A DNA stretch of 64,000 nt from an uncultured virus (IMG/VR IMGVR_UViG_3300005526_000009). Taxonomy: Duplodnaviria; Heunggongvirae; Uroviricota; Caudoviricetes. Shown piece after piece: positions 19,280 through 28,855 of this stretch. The first letter of the stretch is position 1. The number at the start of each line of letters is the position of its first letter. The position numbers were made by a program, and so were the translations under genes. The notes beneath the pieces were generated by a model. It worked only from the letters and a program-made list of their open reading frames with translations, had not been told where the DNA came from and searched no databases. The stretch lies in the IMG/VR virus record IMGVR_UViG_3300005526_000009; one strand, 5' to 3'.

Positions 19280-19588
19280 ATGAAGAAATACAGCGTGGAA
19301 AGTGTCCTAAAGGCATTGGAAAACTCACCGGCTCCCGTGGGTATTGTCAAGGAGGATTGGGTGTTGATGCAGAGAAAGGCAACCGAGGTTTATAACTCAT
19401 TGGTGCAGATTCTTGATGACCCTGAAAACATCAGCAGTCATATGTTGGGTGAAGCGTTGAGTAATGGTGTTACTGGATTTGCATTGGAATACACCAGGGA
19501 TATGGTGAAGACAGATAGGGAACGGTTTATGTATTGGTTTATTGATGGCCTAAAAGTAAGACTGGATGGGGATAAAAAGAAGAAATGA
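19280..19588 (+). CDS. Hypothetical protein
   Basis: Tightly packed ORF. Confidence 0.55.
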   Translation: MKKYSVESVLKALENSPAPVGIVKEDWVLMQRKATEVYNSLVQILDDPENISSHMLGEALSNGVTGFALEYTRDMVKTDRERFMYWFIDGLKVRLDGDKKKK

Positions 19589-19770
19589 CATCATCATTGT
19601 TTATGGATAGGGAGACGGTTGTTGCGAGATTGACCACCATCATCGAGAAGGAGAACCATAACCTCCAGTCCATACCAGTTGAGTATGAGTGGTGGGACAA
19701 CAATGTTATAAAACTGAATATAAGGGACAACAATGCATTGCTAAAATATGTGAAGGAGAACCTGAAATGA
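19585..19770 (+). CDS. Hypothetical protein
   Basis: ATGA overlap with neighbours. Confidence 0.55.
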   Translation: MTSSLFMDRETVVARLTTIIEKENHNLQSIPVEYEWWDNNVIKLNIRDNNALLKYVKENLK

Positions 19771-19973
19771 AGATAGAGATTGACACCGAGAATATTGGGT
19801 TTACTGACCTTGAAAACCTATGGAGGATGACCTCTACGATGATGAATCAAAGGAATAACCATATGTTTTACAATATTGTGAGTAAGATGTATTGGTTGTT
19901 GCGGGAAGAGAAGGAAGAGGTTGAGAAGATGATGAAAGCAACAACTAATAATAATAGTGGCGAGGAAGAATGA
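19767..19973 (+). CDS. Hypothetical protein
   Basis: ATGA overlap with neighbours. Confidence 0.55.
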   Translation: MKIEIDTENIGFTDLENLWRMTSTMMNQRNNHMFYNIVSKMYWLLREEKEEVEKMMKATTNNNSGEEE

Positions 19974-20386
19974 GTTCCAGAAGCATTTTCTTCAACTCAC
20001 CTGACACCGTTACGGTGAAGGGTAAGTCCTATGCCTATCATCTTGCGTATTTGAGGGAGATTGACATTGATGTTGAGCGGTTTAATAAGATAGAGGGTAG
20101 GGTTGACTGTGGCATTGATGGCAGTTGGGGGTTTTCCATACAGATAGATGGTATGGGTTATGATGTCCTGTATAACTTTTGCCACCGGTTTTTGGGAACA
20201 TTGTCCTTTAACAAGGTGGAGGGTAAGCTGGTCTATGTTCTTATTGATCCAAAGGAAAAGGCTGTTGCGGGGTTTATGCATACGCCTTTCATGATAAATG
20301 AGCCGCACTACTTTCTCATAAAGGAAAATAATTTCGAACTATGGGAAAGGGAGAAGGAGGAGGATTACAGGAACAGTGATGATTAA
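19970..20386 (+). CDS. Hypothetical protein
   Basis: ATGA overlap with the previous gene. Confidence 0.6.
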   Translation: MSSRSIFFNSPDTVTVKGKSYAYHLAYLREIDIDVERFNKIEGRVDCGIDGSWGFSIQIDGMGYDVLYNFCHRFLGTLSFNKVEGKLVYVLIDPKEKAVAGFMHTPFMINEPHYFLIKENNFELWEREKEEDYRNSDD

Positions 20387-20458
20387 CCATATAATAATAG
20401 TGGTAGTGAGATTTCCCAAACTTTATATCCCGAAGATGCCGCAACAACCTTACAAGAA

Positions 20459-20896
20459 ATGATAGTAGACAACAACAACAACAAAATAATAATTGAGTTG
20501 GAAAACATAGAGTCACAACAGCGACTCATTGCAGACACCATGTCAAAGTTAACAGAGAGAATTGAAAAGGTAAAATGCCGTATTGAAAAGAACAACAGCA
20601 GCAATAACAATCTTGTCACAAGGATAAAGATTGATGGAACATATAAGGTGAATGTGGTATATGAGGGTGGTGGTTATGACAGAAGTGAAAACATTAATCT
20701 TGATGACCTATATGATATTGAGTTTCATCCAAAAACCGTCATTGTAAATATTGTTGATGGTAATATTAAGAGGACATCATTTATGATTATGTTATATGTC
20801 ATGCAATTAAAGGGATATATCATACAAAGTATTGACACATTCAGTGATAAAATCATATTTAAAAAGCCATTGGTGGGGACACTCCAACAGAAATGA
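20459..20896 (+). CDS. Hypothetical protein, paralog family A
   Basis: N-terminal coiled coil plus a domain ending KGY...IIFKK. Confidence 0.6.
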   Translation: MIVDNNNNKIIIELENIESQQRLIADTMSKLTERIEKVKCRIEKNNSSNNNLVTRIKIDGTYKVNVVYEGGGYDRSENINLDDLYDIEFHPKTVIVNIVDGNIKRTSFMIMLYVMQLKGYIIQSIDTFSDKIIFKKPLVGTLQQK

Positions 20897-21330
20897 CACC
20901 ACCATTATCGGGTTCAAACACCCATAGAATAGAGAGACTTGAATCTGACATGTCAGCGGTTATTAAAACACTGCGTTCATTGAACAATGATGTTGCGGCG
21001 GGATTACAGCGGTTTCACAAGTGCTGTTGTAACTGTTGTTGTGGTAGTGGTGATCCGGTTCTAAAACAGAATAAAAAGAAGGTCACATTAATACAGGTTG
21101 ATAGTAGTGGTTGGCGTTTTAATGTTCACTATGACTTTGGCCTTATCGACACCCAGGTTGGCATCAATGAGTTGAAGGAGATGGAGTTTGATGAGAAGGA
21201 GGTCATACTTCACATCATCCGTCCAGAACATGTAAAAACACTGTTGATTCGCAATGTGATGGATATCATGTCCGACAGGGACTACCATGCCCTCAAGATC
21301 TCTAGTGATGGCATGACATTCAGGAAGTAG
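20893..21330 (+). CDS. Hypothetical protein, paralog family A
   Basis: Coiled coil, Cys run, domain ending MTFRK. Confidence 0.6.
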   Translation: MTPPLSGSNTHRIERLESDMSAVIKTLRSLNNDVAAGLQRFHKCCCNCCCGSGDPVLKQNKKKVTLIQVDSSGWRFNVHYDFGLIDTQVGINELKEMEFDEKEVILHIIRPEHVKTLLIRNVMDIMSDRDYHALKISSDGMTFRK

Positions 21331-21359
21331 TAATAATAATAATAATAACAAGTGGATGG

Positions 21360-21569
21360 GTGAAAAAACAAGAAGTGAAGAACAGAATACTGCCTGAGCA
21401 GGCCGGTGACATATCCCGCAACATAAAGAGACTCCGCAACATCCAGTCAAAAAGGGAATGCGCCAAGTGTGGCAGAATGAACACCAAAAAGAAGAAGGAC
21501 TGGACACACTGCCCGGACTGCGGGCATGAGTTTGGTGTATACCATTGGGGAAGGGAGGAACAGAAGTAA
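21360..21569 (+). CDS. Small Zn-ribbon protein
   Basis: CAKCG...CPDCG. Confidence 0.6.
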   Translation: MKKQEVKNRILPEQAGDISRNIKRLRNIQSKRECAKCGRMNTKKKKDWTHCPDCGHEFGVYHWGREEQK

Positions 21570-21572
21570 GAA

Positions 21573-22187
21573 ATGACCACCACTACTATTATTACCGTTC
21601 CAACTATCCCTACCACTATATATATTGAGCCCAAGAAGAAGAAGAGGATATGCTCGGAGTGCGGATCAGACAAATCATGCGGTTCCTGGTATTTTGTCTA
21701 TGATGATGGCGCAACAACAATAAAAAAAGAAGACAAAGAAATGCTGTGCTTCTCATGCTACCAGCACCACTATACGAAAATGCGAAGGTTCCTTGACCAA
21801 CCAAGAATGCCGTTGCCCAATCTATACAAGCACTTTGTCAAACCCTATGTCAACAGATGGTTCATGATGGCCCAGAAGAGCCGCAAGCGCAGGAAATACA
21901 GGGCATCATCAAACTGCTGCTGCAACTCTGACATATGCGCCAGGCAGCGCATATTTGTGCTGGAGAACTACGCCGGCTTCACCTACAGGGAAAAGATGCT
22001 GTATTTCAACAGGTGCAATGTATGCAAGGTCTTCCATGACAAAAAGAAATATAGATACTGTCCATGCTGCCGCTATCGCATGAAAACCAAGGTGTCGCAG
22101 TTCACCATCAACAAGACTGAAAAGCTTCGTGGGGAGAGAGAGAGAAATGAAAATGCTTATATCCCCATCAACACCACGCAACAATAA
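21573..22187 (+). CDS. Multi-Zn-finger protein
   Basis: CSECGSDK...W...CFSC and CNVC...CPCC. Confidence 0.6.
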   Translation: MTTTTIITVPTIPTTIYIEPKKKKRICSECGSDKSCGSWYFVYDDGATTIKKEDKEMLCFSCYQHHYTKMRRFLDQPRMPLPNLYKHFVKPYVNRWFMMAQKSRKRRKYRASSNCCCNSDICARQRIFVLENYAGFTYREKMLYFNRCNVCKVFHDKKKYRYCPCCRYRMKTKVSQFTINKTEKLRGERERNENAYIPINTTQQ

Positions 22188-22663
22188 TGACCAATAGTAG
22201 TAGTAGTTGTGATGATGATGATATGATAATAGTAGAAAACATAGCGCAACAGGTAAGCGACATAAAGATACAGTATAGGGACAATATAGAGAAACTGGAT
22301 AGGATAGAGAAGAAACTCCATGACATTATCATTACGCACCATCAACAATCACCTATTAAGAGAAGGAAAATAACAGGGATAACAATCCCCTCAGTCGGTG
22401 TGTATATCAAGGCACGCTTGGATGATTGCAGTGACGTTAACCTGCTTGTCACCAATGAGTATTTTATGAAGAACCGTTATGACTTTGCAGATTACAATGT
22501 TCAAATCAGGTTTGAGGACACACAGTGCGCAGCAATTCACCTGTTCTGGCATGTCGGCCTTGCTTTATGGACTGCCGGTTTCAAGAGACATAAGATATAT
22601 GCGGGCAGCCACCTAATAGATTATTATAGGGGTTCTGACCTAGTGGGGAATAATAGTGAATAA
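22187..22663 (+). CDS. Hypothetical protein, probable paralog family A
   Basis: Coiled coil plus a domain ending AGF...YYR. Confidence 0.55.
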   Translation: MTNSSSSCDDDDMIIVENIAQQVSDIKIQYRDNIEKLDRIEKKLHDIIITHHQQSPIKRRKITGITIPSVGVYIKARLDDCSDVNLLVTNEYFMKNRYDFADYNVQIRFEDTQCAAIHLFWHVGLALWTAGFKRHKIYAGSHLIDYYRGSDLVGNNSE

Positions 22664-22940
22664 TATGACTAACAACAACAACGACACCAGGACAAAGACA
22701 ACAGCCAAGCTGCTGGAGGACAACAACAACATAATACACCTAACCTGCGCAACAAAGGGTTCTGACGGCTTCACATATGAGCAGATATTCTATCTGGACT
22801 TTAACAAACTAACAACAACCGAATACTCCAAAACATATGATATGTGGTCAGGAGTCCCAAAGGAACACACAAAGATGAGACTCACTTTTGAGGACATACC
22901 AATGACTACTTTGAGGAAGTGGAAGGAAGAGGATGACTGA
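22656..22940 (+). CDS. Hypothetical protein
   Basis: Packed ORF. Confidence 0.5.
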   Translation: MNNMTNNNNDTRTKTTAKLLEDNNNIIHLTCATKGSDGFTYEQIFYLDFNKLTTTEYSKTYDMWSGVPKEHTKMRLTFEDIPMTTLRKWKEEDD

Positions 22941-23130
22941 AGAGGAACTCCGCACTTTGTATAACCTACTGGACAAATACAACAAAGAGCAGGACAGCAA
23001 ATATGGTTGGTGGGATGTTGACACCATTGATTTTATACTGGAAGAGATTGACGACTCGGCGGGTGGTGTCTTCAATGTCATTGAAGATGGGGTTCTTGCA
23101 CCAACAGGGGATGAAGAAGAGAATGAATGA
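22933..23130 (+). CDS. Small acidic protein
   Basis: D/E-rich packed ORF. Confidence 0.5.
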   Translation: MTEEELRTLYNLLDKYNKEQDSKYGWWDVDTIDFILEEIDDSAGGVFNVIEDGVLAPTGDEEENE

Positions 23131-23380
23131 GGTGGAAAAAGAAGATATCGCAACAGTATATTGTGGTAAATGTGGCTTATCATTCCATGAACATGAATAT
23201 GATGATTATCCTAAAGAAGAAGGTAGAAGAATATATTTCTGTAAATGTCCCAACTGTAAGGAGACAATACACAAGGATAATGAAATGGTAGTAGAATGTT
23301 GTGGTAAAAAGTTTTGTTGGGTGTGCATAAACGATGACCATGTTAAAAATAAACATCCTGAGAGGAGCCTAAATTCATAA
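23123..23380 (+). CDS. Zn-finger protein
   Basis: Several CxxC motifs. Confidence 0.55.
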   Translation: MNEVEKEDIATVYCGKCGLSFHEHEYDDYPKEEGRRIYFCKCPNCKETIHKDNEMVVECCGKKFCWVCINDDHVKNKHPERSLNS

Positions 23381-23409
23381 ATGAATTTAAGCGGGTATTT
23401 ATAACAACA

Positions 23410-23739
23410 ATGAGTAACAGCATATGCGGCCTGTGTGACGGTGTGTTCCCGCCTGACTATCAGGGACACTCCATCGGCGGTGTGACCTGGTATTGTGATG
23501 AGTGCAATGAGAAAAATAATAAGGACATGGAGGAAAGAAAAAAACAATGGATTAGTAGTAGAAGAAACGTGCAGGTCAAGACACTCACCGCACCAACAAG
23601 GTCAGAATTATTAGCAAAAATGATTGTCATAATGAATGACATACATGAAGAAGGTGGTGAGGTCATATCAACAAACATAGTGGGTTATGACTCACTTGAA
23701 GGTGTGATATTCTATAGGAGAGATACCAATGATTGGTAA
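23410..23739 (+). CDS. Zn-finger plus small alpha/beta domain protein (family B)
   Basis: CGLC...CDEC; VQVKTL...VIFYR; TATTTATA upstream. Confidence 0.55.
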   Translation: MSNSICGLCDGVFPPDYQGHSIGGVTWYCDECNEKNNKDMEERKKQWISSRRNVQVKTLTAPTRSELLAKMIVIMNDIHEEGGEVISTNIVGYDSLEGVIFYRRDTNDW

Positions 23740-23971
23740 CATTATTATATTCACTGCCCTTATAGTGCTTTCTTTTCTCGCACCCCAGGCACATGCCGCA
23801 ACAGAGAAAGAATGTATTACATACCACTCTGAGCATATGATAAAGATCACAACCGATTGGAATCGATTTGGTAAGTGTGATTGGCTTGTGGATAGATATC
23901 TTACATTGAACTATACATTAAGTGATTATAATTATATTTCTAAATCTGAGGTATGGATACTGGTGAAGTAA
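23729..23971 (+). CDS. Putative secreted protein
   Basis: Signal peptide ending AHA. Confidence 0.5.
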   Translation: MIGNIIIFTALIVLSFLAPQAHAATEKECITYHSEHMIKITTDWNRFGKCDWLVDRYLTLNYTLSDYNYISKSEVWILVK

Positions 23972-23974
23972 TAA

Positions 23975-24220
23975 ATGATTTTGGATAACCCACTTGCCGC
24001 AACAATTATTACCTCAATCATTGTTGTTCTCATATACAAGGCAATAATATCAATGAGGAAATTGGTATTTTGCACCCATGATAGGGTCACTGTTCATGGA
24101 TACAACCAAGAGAATGCCAGGGGAGACTACATCAAATGCAACTTTTGTAGGGAGAAATGGTTGCGAAGGGATGATATCATGCCTGAGAATTCGGATCGTG
24201 AATGGTATGTCGAGATGTAG
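23975..24220 (+). CDS. Membrane-anchored Zn-binding protein
   Basis: TM helix then CTH...CNFC. Confidence 0.5.
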   Translation: MILDNPLAATIITSIIVVLIYKAIISMRKLVFCTHDRVTVHGYNQENARGDYIKCNFCREKWLRRDDIMPENSDREWYVEM

Positions 24221-24334
24221 GTGGCTTACTAATGATTAGTAACGATATTAGATGAAAATTTCTATAGTGTGTGAGGGTCGCTCTCCCGGCATCTGCTTCG
24301 CAAAATCTCTAAACTTTTAGGCCGCCATACTTGT

Positions 24335-24670
24335 TATTTGATTTATACTTACTATATTTCACATATCACACATTATTAAAATATAAATAAATATAATTTA
24401 AAATATTAAAATAAAATATATTGAATATATACTTATTCATTTTACATTATAAAATATTATTATTTATTTATTGTTATTTTATAATTATAAAATAATTTTA
24501 TTTTATTTTTATTTTTTTATATTTTTTATTATTATTATTATATTATATTATTTATTATATTATTATTATTATATTATTATATTGTATGATATAGTATGTA
24601 TGCTACTATATGTATATTATTATTATATAGTATATTATCATTATATAGTATGGTATATCATAGTATGTAT
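24335..24670. repeat. Extremely AT-rich low-complexity tract (TAT/TTA repeats)
   Basis: Almost only A/T over ~330 bp; no credible ORF. Confidence 0.85.
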
Positions 24671-24776
24671 TATATCGTTATAGTGTGTATGTATATCGTA
24701 TATGTGGATACGTATATCGTTACATATACCTATAGCATTTACTGACGTATATCGTTATATAGTATATGTATATCGT
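24671..24776. repeat. Five TATATCGT direct repeats (iteron-like)
   Basis: Starts at 24671, 24692, 24713, 24748, 24769 (spacing 21, 21, 35, 21). Confidence 0.8.
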
Positions 24777-25469
24777 CATACTTTACTATATAGTAGTATA
24801 TATGGGAAGGGGTATATATGGGATAAGGGTATATGACCTACTCATATTTTGGTAGATACTCGTTTTTTGGTAGGTTTTTTACACTATTCTAACTAAGTTT
24901 TTCTCGAATCATTCATGAAAAACATGAAAAATAAATAATAAAATACTACTACTAATAATATATTTTTCTTCTATATTGAAATTATTAGTATTATTTTTTC
25001 CATCCATCCATATTATTGGAGAATAATAATTACTAATAAAAACCCATATGCAAAATAACCCCATAACGCAACACTAAACAAATAATAGGGTATAAGGGAT
25101 ATTAAGGGAATAATTAAGACATATATGAGAATGGTGATATTGTTGCGCTATGTGCTATACATATATGTATGGTAGAGGTATTAAGACAGTGATGTTATAG
25201 TAAAGGTGTTGCGGAATGTGGTATAATGCACTATGTTGCATTGCACTGCATTGCACATTAGTATAGTGAGATAAGTGTTTGATTGTTGCGAAATGTTTCG
25301 ATCCTTTATTATGGTATTCTGGGTGATCAATGGTAATAGTGGATTAATCTGTTAACAATAAGGTTATAATAGGGGGTATAAAAAGGGTTATCCAATAAAT
25401 GGTTAATAATGGAATATAATGGTAGTATAATAGCGTAAGAAGGTGCAACAATAAAAGGATGTAAAAAGC

Positions 25470-25652
25470 CTAACAAATAGGTCTGTGATAAATACCGTAT
25501 TTGTGATCTACTAAATCCCTCAGATAATTATCATGTTGTTGCGAAATGTGGAGGTATAAGGAAGGCAAATCGGGCAGTTTTTCACCGCATATTTTGCATG
25601 TTGTTTTTGGGTTAGTAGTAGTAGGAATTACCAAATCACAGACAAACCCCAT
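25470..25652 (-). CDS. C2H2 Zn-finger protein
   Basis: CKICG...LYLHISQQH. Confidence 0.6.
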   Translation of the reverse strand: MGFVCDLVIPTTTNPKTTCKICGEKLPDLPSLYLHISQQHDNYLRDLVDHKYGIYHRPIC

Positions 25653-25660
25653 ATTTTAAA

Positions 25661-26035
25661 CTAAAAAATGGGATTTGGTCCACCATCCTTATAACTATAT
25701 CCATTGTGAGATTGCTGTTTTTTGTGATGCTCTTCAAATGTGTCATTATTATTGTTGTTGTTGTTGTTGTGCTTGTTGTTATGACTACTTACAAACTGCA
25801 ATGACAGATCAGAATATGTTATTAAAAAATGGTCTGAATTGTCAAAGTGCATTTTATCTATTGACAATATTGTTTTCTGTTGTTGCGGGGTTTCAATTGC
25901 TACTACTCCATAAGCAGCGTTAAGACTGACCAACAGGACCATTATTATTAAAGTGCATAATAATGCAATTCCCAATATTTCCATTTTCCTCAAATCCCTT
26001 AAAACTTGTTTTGATGAAACCATTTTATTACTCAC
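25661..26035 (-). CDS. Membrane-anchored hypothetical protein with poly-Asn
   Basis: TM segment, NNNNNNN tract. Confidence 0.55.
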   Translation of the reverse strand: MSNKMVSSKQVLRDLRKMEILGIALLCTLIIMVLLVSLNAAYGVVAIETPQQQKTILSIDKMHFDNSDHFLITYSDLSLQFVSSHNNKHNNNNNNNNDTFEEHHKKQQSHNGYSYKDGGPNPIF

Positions 26036-26295
26036 TCAAACCCCAAAATTTTGTCGACTCTCTCAAAAGTGAGGGTCTTGTTTTTAAAGTCTATGTCGTT
26101 AAGTTTAAACCCCTTTGCTTCTACTCTGTCCAGTCTAAGATGAAATATATTTTGGCATTTTTTGGTTTTTTTCTTAAATCCTACAAATACATAGTTTTTT
26201 GTGGCACACACAGATTCTATTATTTCATCCAAAAGTAGGCCATTTCTTATTGTTTGGCATGTTTGTTCTTGTTGATTTTCTAATGATTGACTCAT
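26032..26295 (-). CDS. Hypothetical protein
   Basis: Preceded by the shared promoter motif. Confidence 0.6.
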   Translation of the reverse strand: MSQSLENQQEQTCQTIRNGLLLDEIIESVCATKNYVFVGFKKKTKKCQNIFHLRLDRVEAKGFKLNDIDFKNKTLTFERVDKILGFE

Positions 26296-26317
26296 TGCAA
26301 TTTACACGCAAATATAG

Positions 26318-26336
26318 TATATATAGGGTTTCATAT
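26318..26336 (-). promoter_or_regulatory. Promoter, motif GAAACCCTATATATA
   Basis: TATA ~23 nt before ATG 26295; resembles 28831-28849 and 30261-30281. Confidence 0.6.
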
Positions 26337-26400
26337 GGTTTTGTGCTTAAATTGTTGCCGAATGTGGTAAATTGGATATTGTGATATGCGGACAAAAACA

Positions 26401-26709
26401 TCATTTCGCAACAAACCTGTTATAAAGGGACTTGTATAGTGACTTTAGGTAATATGCTCTATGTGTTTTTTGTCTGCAATAATATGCCTTATCTGCAATA
26501 TCATAAGCAAACTGCATGTTTTCAACACTGTTTTTTGTTGCTATTGTCTCCTTATTGTTGTTTATGTAAATTTCAGTATTATCTTGTGAATATGGGTTTA
26601 TCTCTATCATTATGCTGTTTTTTATGTCGTCAAAAATAACCGAGAATCTGCGCTCTATAATCAAATAAAGCATATCATCAATCTTGAATATTTTTCTCTG
26701 TGGGCTCAT
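26401..26709 (-). CDS. Hypothetical protein
   Basis: ATGA-coupled ORF. Confidence 0.5.
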   Translation of the reverse strand: MSPQRKIFKIDDMLYLIIERRFSVIFDDIKNSIMIEINPYSQDNTEIYINNNKETIATKNSVENMQFAYDIADKAYYCRQKTHRAYYLKSLYKSLYNRFVAK

Positions 26710-26966
26710 TTCGCAACAATCACACTTATTTGATTTATGTCACTAATTTCTATATACTGCTTTGTTCTGTCCTTTAATCGTGGTTTTGATTTACTTCTGC
26801 ATATCTTGTATACTTCGTTTTCAGTGTATTTTGAGAATAGCTCTTTTTCCACCTCAAAGGCGTTTTTTAGGTCTGTGGCTGATATTAGTATCTTATCTTT
26901 GTTTTTGTTGCGGACTGTTGCGCTAATAAAATATTTTTGTTGTTGGTTTTTATTACTTATCGTCAA
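26706..26966 (-). CDS. Hypothetical protein
   Basis: Packed ORF. Confidence 0.5.
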   Translation of the reverse strand: MTISNKNQQQKYFISATVRNKNKDKILISATDLKNAFEVEKELFSKYTENEVYKICRSKSKPRLKDRTKQYIEISDINQISVIVAK

Positions 26967-27194
26967 TTAGTTATCATACTCCAATAGGCTAGAAAATGGG
27001 TGGTCTATCTCTGCATGTTTTGAGCATAGATTTAATTCAACATTATTGTCATCATTAAGGAAAACTACATATTTGGCGCACTTGTCACAATCCACCAAAA
27101 CAATGCCTTTTTTGGTTTTAATGGTGTATTCACACTTATGCATTTTCTTTATTGGCTCCTGAAAAAAATACCTCATTGCATTTATTGCAGACAA
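26967..27194 (-). CDS. Small Zn-binding protein
   Basis: CEY...C...CSKH. Confidence 0.45.
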   Translation of the reverse strand: MSAINAMRYFFQEPIKKMHKCEYTIKTKKGIVLVDCDKCAKYVVFLNDDNNVELNLCSKHAEIDHPFSSLLEYDN

Positions 27195-27345
27195 AAAACC
27201 CTGATTTGTTCAAATAAATACGCTGGTCAAAATGAAAATGGCAATATACATATTTCTTGTTTTCATCCAATATTTCCTTAGTGACAGAATCCACAAAATA
27301 GCGTATTGTTTCAGTTTTATCTATCAGCTTGTTTTCCACTAGCAT
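27136..27345 (-). CDS. Small Zn-binding protein
   Basis: CHFH...CNKC. Confidence 0.5.
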   Translation of the reverse strand: MLVENKLIDKTETIRYFVDSVTKEILDENKKYVYCHFHFDQRIYLNKSGFFVCNKCNEVFFSGANKENA

Positions 27346-27348
27346 TTG

Positions 27349-28254
27349 TTAAATCTCCACCTCATTGTAATTTATGTTTATTGCGCTTGCGTCATTTTGG
27401 ATATATGACTTTATTATCCTTATTATGTCGTCTTTTGTGTCAATGTCCTCATTTATGAGCATTGCAATGCTTAAGGCTGTTCTCATGTTCTTTATTTTAT
27501 AGTATAGCATTGCGTTGGCGATACCATTGGCAAGCTCTTCATTCTTTATTATGCCTTTTCGCAACAAATTAAAGACAAATATGCTTCTAAACTCTTCATC
27601 TGTGTATTTGTCTATCAGTATCATTTGACACCTCTTTTTAAATGGAACGGATAAGGCTGAAGGATTGTTAGTAGTCATAAACACCTTAAGGCCTTTAATT
27701 TGGAAATCTATCATTTTCGCTTGTGTTGTTTTGCTAAATGTTCCGTCATCTAAAACACCCCTTAACGCTTCATTATCCCTTTTTGATCTTGTCTCTGTTA
27801 CTTCATCAATACACAATATTCTGGATTGTCTATTTGCTTCCATCTTTATAAATAGTCCAGCTCCTGTTGACCCAGCAGCAGAATTATGGAAAACAACACC
27901 ATTGCATTTCTCCATTATTATCTTTAGGAATATTGTTTTGCCGGTAGAAGGCGGCCCCACTAGGATAATATGGATTGACCTGTTTTCCTTCATCAATGCC
28001 CTGTAAATAGTCTCCTTTATGTTATCGTGGCCGTATATGTCATTAAAAAACAACAATGCACGTTCCCTTATTGGTATTTTTGTATTTTGTGGTTCCTTAA
28101 ACACGGAATGAACACCATTGTTAAATATGAATGATGGATCATATAGTAATTTGTTATTGTTGCCCAAACTTGTCAATATCTGCTTGTAGTTTGGTTTATG
28201 TATCCTCTTCTTTAAACACATTATAACAGTCGGGGCAAAACCATTCATTTCCAA
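27349..28254 (-). CDS. AAA+ ATPase (true start probably further downstream)
   Basis: FNDIYGHDNIK, Walker A GPPSTGKT, Walker B LCIDE, sensor MTTN, arginine finger PFKKR. Confidence 0.8.
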   Translation of the reverse strand: MEMNGFAPTVIMCLKKRIHKPNYKQILTSLGNNNKLLYDPSFIFNNGVHSVFKEPQNTKIPIRERALLFFNDIYGHDNIKETIYRALMKENRSIHIILVGPPSTGKTIFLKIIMEKCNGVVFHNSAAGSTGAGLFIKMEANRQSRILCIDEVTETRSKRDNEALRGVLDDGTFSKTTQAKMIDFQIKGLKVFMTTNNPSALSVPFKKRCQMILIDKYTDEEFRSIFVFNLLRKGIIKNEELANGIANAMLYYKIKNMRTALSIAMLINEDIDTKDDIIRIIKSYIQNDASAININYNEVEI

Positions 28255-28519
28255 TTACTTTTTTATCATCTAAAGGAATATCATCTTCACAACCATCACA
28301 AAAGAAATACACCTTATGGTAACATTCACAACACCAGTTAAGTATTTCGTCCACTATATGATTATGTTCATCCTCTTCCATTATCCTGTTGCAATTGTCA
28401 CATCTTGAAACCATCATTAAATTGGTTATTAATTCCATTTTAATCGCTGTCCTGATTTTCTTCATTTCCTTCAACAATTTCAATATAATAATCGTTACAA
28501 CTATGTTCAAATTCATCAA
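28196..28519 (-). CDS. Small Zn-finger protein (start uncertain)
   Basis: CDNC, CCEC, CDGC, CPDC. Confidence 0.55.
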   Translation of the reverse strand: MMNLNIVVTIIILKLLKEMKKIRTAIKMELITNLMMVSRCDNCNRIMEEDEHNHIVDEILNWCCECYHKVYFFCDGCEDDIPLDDKKVIGNEWFCPDCYNVFKEEDT

Positions 28520-28805
28520 ATTCCTCTGGTTGTTCTATCTCATTGCCATTTTTGTCAAAATAAACTGTGTTGTATCTATATGCTTCACCCATACAACCAG
28601 ATCCCTCATACATTAATTCTTTTCTTTCTTCTGCATCCAATAGGTGTTTTTTCATGTATTTTTCAGCGTTTTCATAACTCTTGAATTTTCTTGATTCTAT
28701 AAATCCAATTTCTGGATCCCAGTCTGGAATTAAAACCACATTGTAAAATGAATATGTTTTCATTTTTGGTTTTGTGACCATTTCATTTTGATTTATGTTA
28801 GACAT
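28440..28805 (-). CDS. Acidic hypothetical protein
   Basis: Preceded by the shared promoter motif. Confidence 0.6.
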   Translation of the reverse strand: MSNINQNEMVTKPKMKTYSFYNVVLIPDWDPEIGFIESRKFKSYENAEKYMKKHLLDAEERKELMYEGSGCMGEAYRYNTVYFDKNGNEIEQPEEFDEFEHSCNDYYIEIVEGNEENQDSD

Positions 28806-28830
28806 AATTACAATGGAATTACGGATATAG

Positions 28831-28849
28831 TATTTAAGGGGTTCGTAAC
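28831..28849 (-). promoter_or_regulatory. Promoter, motif GTTACGAACCCCTTAAATA
   Basis: ~25 nt before ATG 28805. Confidence 0.65.
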
Positions 28850-28855
28850 TTTATT

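Noticed and set aside
24471..24683. 70-aa Tyr/Ile/Phe-rich ORF
   Set aside because: Artefact of the TAT/TTA low-complexity tract.
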